From an uncultured Candidatus Saccharibacteria bacterium (GTDB taxonomy: Bacteria > Patescibacteriota > Andersenbacteria > UBA10190): a DNA stretch of 64,000 nucleotides. The notes under the pieces were generated by a model, which made no database searches, was not told the origin of the DNA, and worked only from the letters and a program-made list of their open reading frames with translations. Position numbers and translations under genes: made by a program. Shown one piece after another: positions 9,960-17,970 of the stretch (its first letter is position 1; each line of letters starts with the position of its first letter). The DNA lies in the NCBI GenBank assembly GCA_964359735.1, contig CAYHTZ010000001.1:1457-65456 (forward strand), read 5' to 3'.

Positions 9960-10836
9960 ACCCTATAACTAACAAATCTAACGCTTCTTCTAGCCTATCC
10001 TTACCGACCCAAAAGCTCGACAAGGTAACCTCGTCAACATGAGCCTTCTCAGCTCGGTATGACAAAGATTTGATTGCACCTGCACCTAAGGTATAGAGCC
10101 CAAAAACGAGCGGCCGAGGCAGCCACTCTCGTGCACGCAAAAAATCTGCCCGTAGCATCATATCATTAAAATGCTGTTTTGCCCGCTTGTACCTGAGCAC
10201 ACCCTCATTGCCAAACACCCCATACAGTTCAAACCGCGAAAAATGCCTCTTTACAAGATCAGTTAACTGTGCCGGCGTGAGCTCCTTAATATGATACGGA
10301 TTAAACCCGGGAAACCTCTCTGCATTCGGAGTCGTAATAATCACTTCCCCGCCCGAGGCCGCTTGAGCCTTAAGCTGCTGCAAAAACTGGTCTTGGTCTT
10401 GAACATGTTCAACTGTTTGAAAACAGCAGACAACATCGAACTGCTTTTCTTTTATCTCAGAAGGCGGGCTATCGAGCGTCCCAGAGAAAAAAGAAAGATT
10501 CGTAGCTCGATACTTTTGTTTAGCCTCTTGAACTGTACCCGTATGCGGATCCAGCGCCACTACTTCTTGTGCCTGTTGAGCTACATACGCTGCCCCATAC
10601 CCCTCTCCGCTACCCACATCCAAAACACACTTGCCTGCCGCTCGCTGCCGGGCAAAGTCATAAGCAAATAGGCTTTCTTGATAGGTCACGTTAAATTTTC
10701 CACCCGGCAGAATTCGCTCTCCCGTGAACATATATGGTAGCGTAGCATACATGGACCAGGCAGCCTGGCAACATCTTGAAAAGCGTTTCTTCCTGGTTGT
10801 GATAATTATTCTCGTGGTTTTTCTTCTATCTGCCAT
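9943..10836 (-). CDS. Class I SAM-dependent methyltransferase (true start probably internal, about 10752)
   Basis: VLDVGSGEGYGAAYVA motif I; DVVCCFQTVEHV. Confidence 0.6.
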   Translation of the reverse strand: MADRRKTTRIIITTRKKRFSRCCQAAWSMYATLPYMFTGERILPGGKFNVTYQESLFAYDFARQRAAGKCVLDVGSGEGYGAAYVAQQAQEVVALDPHTGTVQEAKQKYRATNLSFFSGTLDSPPSEIKEKQFDVVCCFQTVEHVQDQDQFLQQLKAQAASGGEVIITTPNAERFPGFNPYHIKELTPAQLTDLVKRHFSRFELYGVFGNEGVLRYKRAKQHFNDMMLRADFLRAREWLPRPLVFGLYTLGAGAIKSLSYRAEKAHVDEVTLSSFWVGKDRLEEALDLLVIGYANER

Positions 10837-12524
10837 TGGAGAAAACCGGGTACAGCGCGCTGACCCGAATTATCAACCGATTGGCCGGGGCTATTAACTG
10901 TATGGCGTCGGACACCCCCCAAGTGCGCCAACTTGTTATCGCTCTTCTTGTTATTGCTGTCTTCCTGCCCAGGCTCACTTCGTTGGGCACCATGCTTACG
11001 GTTGATGAAGGCTTATGGCGCGGCCGTGGTGAACAGTTTATCAAATCATTTGCCTCTGGCCATTTTAACAAAACCTTGGTAGCTGGGCAGCCTGGCGTTA
11101 CTACCGCCTGGCTCGCCGGTCTAAGCCTTCCCTGGCGCTCTCTCGCTTCTGCCCAAGCGGCAATCGCAGTCACATGTGGCGCACTCATTCTTCTAATCAC
11201 GTATTCTTTGAGCCGCCTCTGGGGATTTTGGTGGGGGATGGCCAGCGGATTTCTCCTTGCGCTCGACCCCTTCCTACTCGCTCACAGCCGCCTCGTTCAC
11301 ACCGATGCCCTCTTCGCTCTTTTTTATTTAGCAAGCCTGCTATGGCTGCTCCTTGCCCTTGAGCCGGCCTGGCAAGCAGGACTGCCGAGCCGCCGTCACA
11401 TAGTAATCAGCGGCATTTTGGGGGGACTGGCGTTACTGACCAAAATATTTACGACCATACTTATCCCGACCGTCACCTGTATTTTTCTCTTAGCCGCATG
11501 GCGCAGCCGCAAGCACCTTGGGGAAACTTTCCGATCAGGAATTATCTGGCTCGTCGCCGTCGTACTAACCACACTTGCCCTCTGGCCCGCACTTTGGACC
11601 GCGCCTGACCAAGTGGCCCAGTACTTGACCGGCCGCGCTACATTGCATGTGGCCGAGGGCACCCACGTGGGCGAAACCACCGCCACCTGGTGGTACTACG
11701 GCCGGGAAAGTATTTTCCGCCTGAGCGCCATAACCACTCTTCTTCTCATTCCCGCGGCCATCGCTGCTTTCAAATCTCGAGATCGCATGTGGCGCACCGC
11801 TCTGATTCTGCTCATCAGCGGCATCGCATTTGCAATCGTTCTCAGCTTCAGCAGCGAAAAGAGCGACCGGTATATTTTAATTTCACTGCTTACGCTGGAT
11901 CTCTTTGCGGTAATGGGGCTGAGGAAAATAAATGAATGGGTTAGTTATCTGCAGAGCGAGCGCAGCCGTCCAAATTCTGGCGACTTAGCGCGCGGCGCGG
12001 GACTCCCAAGCTATAGCCCTGCGCAAGCAGGGCGAACAACGCAAGAAAATCGGAGCCAGGATTTGGGGAGGCTGGAAGCGAGCGATGGAGCGAGGAAAAC
12101 GACTGGGTGGGTTGCGCCAACTATCGCAATAACCCTTCTCGCCATCGGTGCGGCGCGAATCCATCCATACTATCTGGCGCATCACAACGCCCTCTACCCC
12201 GTGGAAGAACGTCACAAGTTAGGTTGGGGCGAGGGATTAGAACAAGCTGCGCAGTGGATTAAGAAACAAGGCTACACAGGCAAAATCGCCAGCTATTACG
12301 CCGGGGTGATGAAGTATTGGTATCCCGGCCCCGTCGATCCCTTAAACCACATTGACGGCACGAGCGCACGCTACATTGTTCTCTACCGCTCTATGTTTGA
12401 ACGCGGCCCCGGCCACGTCGACACCGAAATCGTTGCGGAGTACCTCGACAACGCATCCCGCCAACCCGCCCATATTATTTCTATCAACAACCTCCCCTAC
12501 GTTTGGATATTCGAGAGGGAATAA
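10836..12524 (+). CDS. GT39/ArnT/PMT-like GT-C glycosyltransferase carrying family A element copy 2
   Basis: AGQPGVTTAW...AHSRLVHTDAL...KLGWGEGLEQ; contains SERSRPNSGDLARGAGLPSYSPAQAGRTTQENRSQDLGRLEAS; track start is TTG. Confidence 0.7.
   Translation: MEKTGYSALTRIINRLAGAINCMASDTPQVRQLVIALLVIAVFLPRLTSLGTMLTVDEGLWRGRGEQFIKSFASGHFNKTLVAGQPGVTTAWLAGLSLPWRSLASAQAAIAVTCGALILLITYSLSRLWGFWWGMASGFLLALDPFLLAHSRLVHTDALFALFYLASLLWLLLALEPAWQAGLPSRRHIVISGILGGLALLTKIFTTILIPTVTCIFLLAAWRSRKHLGETFRSGIIWLVAVVLTTLALWPALWTAPDQVAQYLTGRATLHVAEGTHVGETTATWWYYGRESIFRLSAITTLLLIPAAIAAFKSRDRMWRTALILLISGIAFAIVLSFSSEKSDRYILISLLTLDLFAVMGLRKINEWVSYLQSERSRPNSGDLARGAGLPSYSPAQAGRTTQENRSQDLGRLEASDGARKTTGWVAPTIAITLLAIGAARIHPYYLAHHNALYPVEERHKLGWGEGLEQAAQWIKKQGYTGKIASYYAGVMKYWYPGPVDPLNHIDGTSARYIVLYRSMFERGPGHVDTEIVAEYLDNASRQPAHIISINNLPYVWIFERE
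11950..12083. repeat. Family A structured repeat element, copy 2, in-frame inside CDS 10836..12524
   Basis: Aligned to 4852-4984; inner hairpin gccctgc-gcaa-gcagggc has two compensatory base-pair changes relative to copy 1. Confidence 0.8.
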
Positions 12525-14891
12525 CTATTTCCTTCGATACAATCGAAATGGCTCTTCGGTGAGGTCATTGGGAACTTCGTCGACGAGTTCAAACTGCTCA
12601 CTCAGGATTTTTTGTCGCTCGGGGAAGTCGTCAAAATAAATTTCGCTGGTGCGCTCGTCGGTGACTACAAAACGGACGTCACGTTCGAGCCAGCGCGTTA
12701 TCTCCTCATCCTCAGCAAAGTAAATCTTGCGCAATTCTGGCGGTATGCCGCCAACCCGCGCTGCGCGGATCCACCCCGGGTGCGAGTATCCTCGAATAAT
12801 TCTGCGCTTGGCTGCAGCTGTCACCACCGGCTGGGCCGTGAATATTTCTTCTTCAGCAGACACATGCTCTTGTAAAAGATACGTCATCTCCTGAACCGAC
12901 TCCGGGGTAACAGTCCCCGAGATCGGGTGGTGAAGAACCACATTCACTCCCTGCCACCAGCTGGCTGCCAAAAGCCCTGCCAACACTCCCTGCGCCAGTG
13001 GCCGCCGAAAAAGCTGGGGGATTCCCTGCGCCAAAGCCACTGCGGCCAGTATCGCCGCTGGGGGGAGAAACTCTACAATGTAACTGGGCCGGAACATGCC
13101 CCACCCGCGGTAGAGAAGTACCAGCGCCGAAAGCCACACCACGCATACCACTGCCCATTTCCATCCTCCCTGCATAACTGTATCAGGAGCACGAGACTGC
13201 AATCGTTGTAAAAGCCACCAGGCTGGGATCCCAAACACAATGGCCAACATAGTAAAGCGCACCAGCGGCAACGAGCCCGGCAAACCATAGCCAATATCAA
13301 CGAGGTGGTAGATAGATACTCCCAAGATGGCCACCCAAACTCCGATGCCAAGCCACCTCAATGCGTCATTTTTAATACGACTCAACAGCAAAAGTGGCAG
13401 CCAAACAATACCAGCCAAGATCCAACCTCCTGCTCGCCACAATACTGTTGACGCTTCTGTTACCCACCGAATAACCGGCTCTACCCCACCCACTCTCTCT
13501 GTTTGAAGCCTGCCTACCGTAACCGCCTCAATATTGAGCATTACCGATACTTTCGCTGCATCCATCAAAAGCAGCGCAATACCGCTTACAAGAGCCATAG
13601 CAATGATTCCTGCTGCTACATACGCCCCTAAGTCCCGCCAGCGGCGTTGTGAAAATAAAAGTAAAAGCACGGCACCAGCTATACCTACGGCCACCGTGCT
13701 CGAGCGCGTAAGATACCCCACTGTCATGAGTAACCCTCCCAAACCGACAAGCCACACGCGATTCTCTTTCGACCCTTTCAGAAGTACAAGAACAGCCACC
13801 ACCGCAAAGAGCGTGCTCACCACTTGCAGGAGCAGCGGCGCTGAAGCGCTCACCACACCAGGGAGAAGCGCCAAGAGTGCCGCGGTTATGACCTGAACAG
13901 AGGCTGTCTGCCCAAACCGACGTGCGAGAAGCGCTGAAAAGCCCACCACTCCCGCCCAAAACAGCGCCGACAAGAGCCGCCAACCCGCCAGCACATCCGG
14001 CGTAATTTCTCGCCATATTTTAAGAAGGACAACATAGATTGGCCCCTTCGTCAGAAAATCTCGAAATGGTAGCAGGTCCGTAGAAGCTTGAAAAGCATCT
14101 TGAAGATAGGCTCCCTCATCAATGATCACGGGCGCATTATGCGAACGCCACACATGAAACACGATTGTTAAAATCATGAGAACTCCTATCCAGACAGATG
14201 CCGGTAATGTATACGTCTGCAACTTTCGCGCAAACACTGCGAAGCTAACCGCGACCACCACAAAAACAGCCAGCGACTGCTTCTCCCAGGGTGTAAGACT
14301 TTGAATCAACTGGTGTCCAACTCGCCGATACGTTCGGTCAATCCCAACTTGTTGAAACGCATAGTTGCCAGTCACCTTATTTCCTACGATGAATGCAGTG
14401 CCTTCGGGAAAAGCAGAGGCATCGAGTTCACGGTACACCCAGTAGGCATTGTGAGGGCCGTGAGGAGCTTCTAAAACCCACAAGAGCTTCGGGCCAGCTT
14501 CATGAATAGGGGGAAAGGTAAACACAAGGTCTTCAGTCTCCGGTTCAGGCTCAAAGATGACTGCCGCACGCACATCATCCCCAAAATACTCCCGTCGGAT
14601 GTGCAGAATCAGCGGCCCCTTTGCGCCCACATTCCTACCTACAGGCACGCGCACCTCTCGCATCCCAGGCAGCGGCACAAATACTTGTCCTACTGACTTC
14701 TCCCGGCCAAAGGTTACCTTCGCCGAATCATTGAAAGGTGCCAAAACTTCTTGCGATTGCTCCTGGGGAGACAGCAAGAACAGCACGGCTAAAACCGCCA
14801 AAACAGCGCCAACCACAACTACCGGGCGGCGCTGCAAAAAATTCACCATCGATATACGTTCACCGCTTCTGCGCATAAATCTCAAATTCAT
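12525..14891 (-). CDS. Large membrane protein: N-terminal soluble beta-rich domain plus polytopic GT-C-like region
   Basis: 788 aa; signal-anchor then soluble domain then more than 10 TM segments; abuts the convergent gene with back-to-back stops TAACTA. Confidence 0.5.
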   Translation of the reverse strand: MNLRFMRRSGERISMVNFLQRRPVVVVGAVLAVLAVLFLLSPQEQSQEVLAPFNDSAKVTFGREKSVGQVFVPLPGMREVRVPVGRNVGAKGPLILHIRREYFGDDVRAAVIFEPEPETEDLVFTFPPIHEAGPKLLWVLEAPHGPHNAYWVYRELDASAFPEGTAFIVGNKVTGNYAFQQVGIDRTYRRVGHQLIQSLTPWEKQSLAVFVVVAVSFAVFARKLQTYTLPASVWIGVLMILTIVFHVWRSHNAPVIIDEGAYLQDAFQASTDLLPFRDFLTKGPIYVVLLKIWREITPDVLAGWRLLSALFWAGVVGFSALLARRFGQTASVQVITAALLALLPGVVSASAPLLLQVVSTLFAVVAVLVLLKGSKENRVWLVGLGGLLMTVGYLTRSSTVAVGIAGAVLLLLFSQRRWRDLGAYVAAGIIAMALVSGIALLLMDAAKVSVMLNIEAVTVGRLQTERVGGVEPVIRWVTEASTVLWRAGGWILAGIVWLPLLLLSRIKNDALRWLGIGVWVAILGVSIYHLVDIGYGLPGSLPLVRFTMLAIVFGIPAWWLLQRLQSRAPDTVMQGGWKWAVVCVVWLSALVLLYRGWGMFRPSYIVEFLPPAAILAAVALAQGIPQLFRRPLAQGVLAGLLAASWWQGVNVVLHHPISGTVTPESVQEMTYLLQEHVSAEEEIFTAQPVVTAAAKRRIIRGYSHPGWIRAARVGGIPPELRKIYFAEDEEITRWLERDVRFVVTDERTSEIYFDDFPERQKILSEQFELVDEVPNDLTEEPFRLYRRK

Positions 14892-15759
14892 CGCCGAGGT
14901 TCACGGGTACTACGAACCCAGAACTCGATTGAGTCTTCGCTCTTAACTGCACGCCTAGCTGTGCCAAAAACCGGGCCCAAACATATTGCCAACCCAAATA
15001 ACGCGTATGCCGGTGTACGTGCTCCACTGTAAAGCCAGCCTGTTCCAATAGCCGCGTCAAAGACTCCCGCGTAAAATAATGAAGATGAGCTGGGAAAATA
15101 CAGTACCAGTTTTTTCCCATGAGACGTGCCAGCGGGCTGTCGAACCAGGGTGTCGTTATCACCAGCCATCCATCTGTCTTAAGTGCCTGGGCACCCGCTC
15201 TTAAAAACTCAATCGGTGACACCAAGTGCTCAATGACATCAAAGGCGCAGACCACGTCAAGAGACTGAGCCGGCCAGGTGAGGAGTTTCTTATAGTCGCC
15301 TTGCTCAATATCTAGGCCTAACTGTTCTCGTCCAAAAGTTGCCGCCCAGTTGGCCACTTCCAAACCCTTCACGGTCCAGCCCCGCGCCTCCGCCTCTGCC
15401 AGAAAAAACCCTGGTCCGCTGCCGACATCAGCTAACGCGCCTCGCGCGGGAGCGAGTGCCTCAATGCGGTACAAGACCTGACGGGCTGTTTTGCGCCGGC
15501 CCACTGACGTTGTAACATAGGACTCGTCTTGCTCCGCCGCCCGATACCAGGCCAGAATCGTGGCTTCGTCGGGAACGTGCGGCGTAAATCCATGACCGCA
15601 CCGCTGACACCGTACTACCGTCAAATGTTCCTTAGCATCGCCGGCCGCTACTTTATATGAAGATGGTCTACGAAAAAAGTCATCTGCCGGAACGGCACCG
15701 GGTTTAAATAGCTCTGTTTTTCCACCGCACACTGGACACACTTCATCTCGCTGCACCAT
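14860..15759 (-). CDS. Class I SAM-dependent methyltransferase with N-terminal zinc ribbon
   Basis: CPVCGG...CQRCGH; LADVGSGPGFF; DVVCAFDVIEHL. Confidence 0.65.
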   Translation of the reverse strand: MVQRDEVCPVCGGKTELFKPGAVPADDFFRRPSSYKVAAGDAKEHLTVVRCQRCGHGFTPHVPDEATILAWYRAAEQDESYVTTSVGRRKTARQVLYRIEALAPARGALADVGSGPGFFLAEAEARGWTVKGLEVANWAATFGREQLGLDIEQGDYKKLLTWPAQSLDVVCAFDVIEHLVSPIEFLRAGAQALKTDGWLVITTPWFDSPLARLMGKNWYCIFPAHLHYFTRESLTRLLEQAGFTVEHVHRHTRYLGWQYVWARFLAQLGVQLRAKTQSSSGFVVPVNLGDEFEIYAQKR

Positions 15760-15783
15760 ATAGGCATTTCACCACTATTTGCT

Positions 15784-16092
15784 ATGCTGATCAATATGAA
15801 AGTCACCGCGGTGTTGCCGGCCTTTAACGCCGAAAAGACCTTACAGAAAACGTACGACGCCATTCCCAAGGGCCACGTTCACGAAATTATTCTGGTCGAC
15901 GACGCCAGCACGGATAATACGGTGGCACGAGCCCAAACTATTCCCGATTTAATTGTTGTCATACATCAGAAAAACCGCGGGTATGGTGGCAACCAAAAAA
16001 CGTGCTACGACGAAGCCTTACGCCGCGGCGCATCGCTTCGCGCCGGCAGGTACGCTGACAGGCGCGGGGGCCTCCACACGCGAACGTCTTGA
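15784..16092 (+). pseudogene. GT2 (Dpm1-like) N-terminal fragment, truncated after about 100 aa
   Basis: MKVTAVLPAFNAEKTL...ILVDDASTDNT...NRGYGGNQK, then similarity ends (RRGASLRAGRYADRRGGLHTRTS*) where paralogs continue DIVV..HGDGQY; the 3' end overlaps the convergent gene. Confidence 0.45.
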
Positions 16093-17330
16093 GTGGGATT
16101 CACGGGCCATGCCCAGAACAAAAGTTCGAGACCTACCACTGCCAGAACTACCTGTGAGAAATAGGGAACTTTCTGCCACCAGCTCCGTGCCATCAGCGCC
16201 CCTGCCCCCAACGCCGCGAGTAGCGACCAACCCACGTGCACGAAGACAATTGCTCGCCCTGGGTTCGCAAAGCGAGCCACGAGCCAAACATGCTCGTGCA
16301 ACCAGCGAAAAATGGGGGAATACTCACCTCCGGCTAAAGCAAATCCGACAACTATCAGAGCAATGGCACTCCTTCCCGCGGATTCCTGCCACGTGCGACG
16401 TCGCATGAGGGCTACTACTCCTAGCATCAACCCTGCAATTCCAAAGTAGGTCATGAGCTCGGGCTCATTTTTGGCCCCGCGATACTGCGCTTGGTGGCCG
16501 AAGATACTCGGCTTAAACCACGTGAGAAGATGTTGCGTGGGATAGCTTACGTCAAAGGCCTCGGGGCCCTCGAGTTCTTGTGCTCTTCGGGAAGAGCCTA
16601 CGAGCTCCGCCGCCGGCAAAATGTGGACCGCCGTCAAACCAAAAAGAATCAGGGGCACTAATAAGAGGCGCCAGCGCATCTTCCATGTGCGCGGCGCAGT
16701 TACCGAAAGCTCACCCACAAGCACAATTATTCCCATAAGCGCCGCGTACACCGCCATTTGAATGTGGCCGGCAAATACGAGCCCGGCGGCGGTGACGCAG
16801 GCCACTGCCACCCGCTTCCAAGAAGGTTGCCGCCAGGCAGAGACAGCCGCCCACATCACCAGCGGAATCCACGTGGCCGGGAAAAAGAGGTGCGGTAATG
16901 TGATCCGCCCAATGAAGTAACCTCCCATCGCAAATATGATCCCGCCGAGTGCCGCCGCCGCGCGAGGTAGCCGATAGAGCGAAAGCCACGCGTACATTCC
17001 GAAGGCGGCTAGCCATAGATGCAGCAAGAGAGAAAAATTAACCGCGAGGACACCGGGCAATACGGCACGCAGCACCACATGTGGCACGTAGAAAAAACTT
17101 TGAAAGGCATTGGCCATGAGCGGGAACCCACCGTGAAATTCCGGTGCCCACAGTGGAATCTCGCCCGCCCGCTGGTAGCGCGCAAAAAGATCTTCCAGCG
17201 CAATTGCCATGTGCCCTAGGTCGAACGTTCCAAAAACTTTTCCCGACACCCACATGGGCACAAACAATAATGCTGGCACTACTACCAGCCACACGAAAGG
17301 AGCCCATGTCTTCACCTGCTTCATTTCCAT
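16005..17330 (-). CDS. YfhO-family-like membrane protein, N-terminal TM domain only (possibly truncated)
   Basis: 441 aa; FDLGHMAIALEDLFARYQRAGEIPLWAPEFHGGFPLMANAFQSFFYVPHVV is homologous to the N-termini of 17971 and 24834, but the large C-terminal periplasmic domain is absent. Confidence 0.5.
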   Translation of the reverse strand: MEMKQVKTWAPFVWLVVVPALLFVPMWVSGKVFGTFDLGHMAIALEDLFARYQRAGEIPLWAPEFHGGFPLMANAFQSFFYVPHVVLRAVLPGVLAVNFSLLLHLWLAAFGMYAWLSLYRLPRAAAALGGIIFAMGGYFIGRITLPHLFFPATWIPLVMWAAVSAWRQPSWKRVAVACVTAAGLVFAGHIQMAVYAALMGIIVLVGELSVTAPRTWKMRWRLLLVPLILFGLTAVHILPAAELVGSSRRAQELEGPEAFDVSYPTQHLLTWFKPSIFGHQAQYRGAKNEPELMTYFGIAGLMLGVVALMRRRTWQESAGRSAIALIVVGFALAGGEYSPIFRWLHEHVWLVARFANPGRAIVFVHVGWSLLAALGAGALMARSWWQKVPYFSQVVLAVVGLELLFWAWPVNPTQDVRVWRPPRLSAYLPARSDAPRRKASS

Positions 17331-17376
17331 ACTGTTACTCTATACTCTGCTTACACCCTCATGCTACACTGCCGCC

Positions 17377-17910
17377 ATGACGCGCCCTCAAATTGAGTAT
17401 ACTATTGCCGGCGTCATCGCGATCTTCCTACTCGCCCTCCTACTGAACGCCATCGTTCATGCCCGCGCCGCCGTCAGAGACGATTTACGTAAAACCGACG
17501 TAACGACCCTTAAACGCGGAGCCGAGATATACTACAACCAACATGTGTTTTACCCGACGCCACCCAGCCAAGAGCCTGGCTGCACCGAAGTAGCCGACGA
17601 AGATAGCTGGCTTTTCAGCTCAGCTTCTCTGTTGCTCAGAGAGCAGCATTTAGATGCCATCCCTCACGATGTTCGCGAATCGCGCGGCCACACGTATAGA
17701 TACTGCACGACTCATATCGAATCAGGGAAGACTAACGGATACTTCTTTGAAGCTCAATTGGAAGTAGAACAGCCGGACACCATTGCTCTCGACGAAGACG
17801 AGACGCGGAACTTTACATATCGTATCCTTCACGAAGATGGCAAAATCCTCTACCGCGTCTGCGGCGGAACAGAAAATCAATGTACGCCGCAAGAGAACGC
17901 GGCTGAATAA
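17377..17910 (+). CDS. Hypothetical membrane-anchored protein
   Basis: MTRPQIEYTIAGVIAIFLLALLLNAIV hydrophobic N-terminus; track ORF starts upstream at 17209. Confidence 0.4.
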   Translation: MTRPQIEYTIAGVIAIFLLALLLNAIVHARAAVRDDLRKTDVTTLKRGAEIYYNQHVFYPTPPSQEPGCTEVADEDSWLFSSASLLLREQHLDAIPHDVRESRGHTYRYCTTHIESGKTNGYFFEAQLEVEQPDTIALDEDETRNFTYRILHEDGKILYRVCGGTENQCTPQENAAE

Positions 17911-17970
17911 ACATGAAGCGGGTGGCACAGCGGAAAACCGGCCCGAGGACGAATTGCAGAGGCTCCTATC

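Noticed and set aside
10834-10838. Divergent genes 9943..10836 and 10836..12524 apparently sharing one nucleotide of their start codons
   Set aside because: Artefact of the longest-ORF convention with alternative start codons (the + gene is called from TTG). The true starts are probably internal (about 10752 and about 10902), leaving a normal divergent promoter region.
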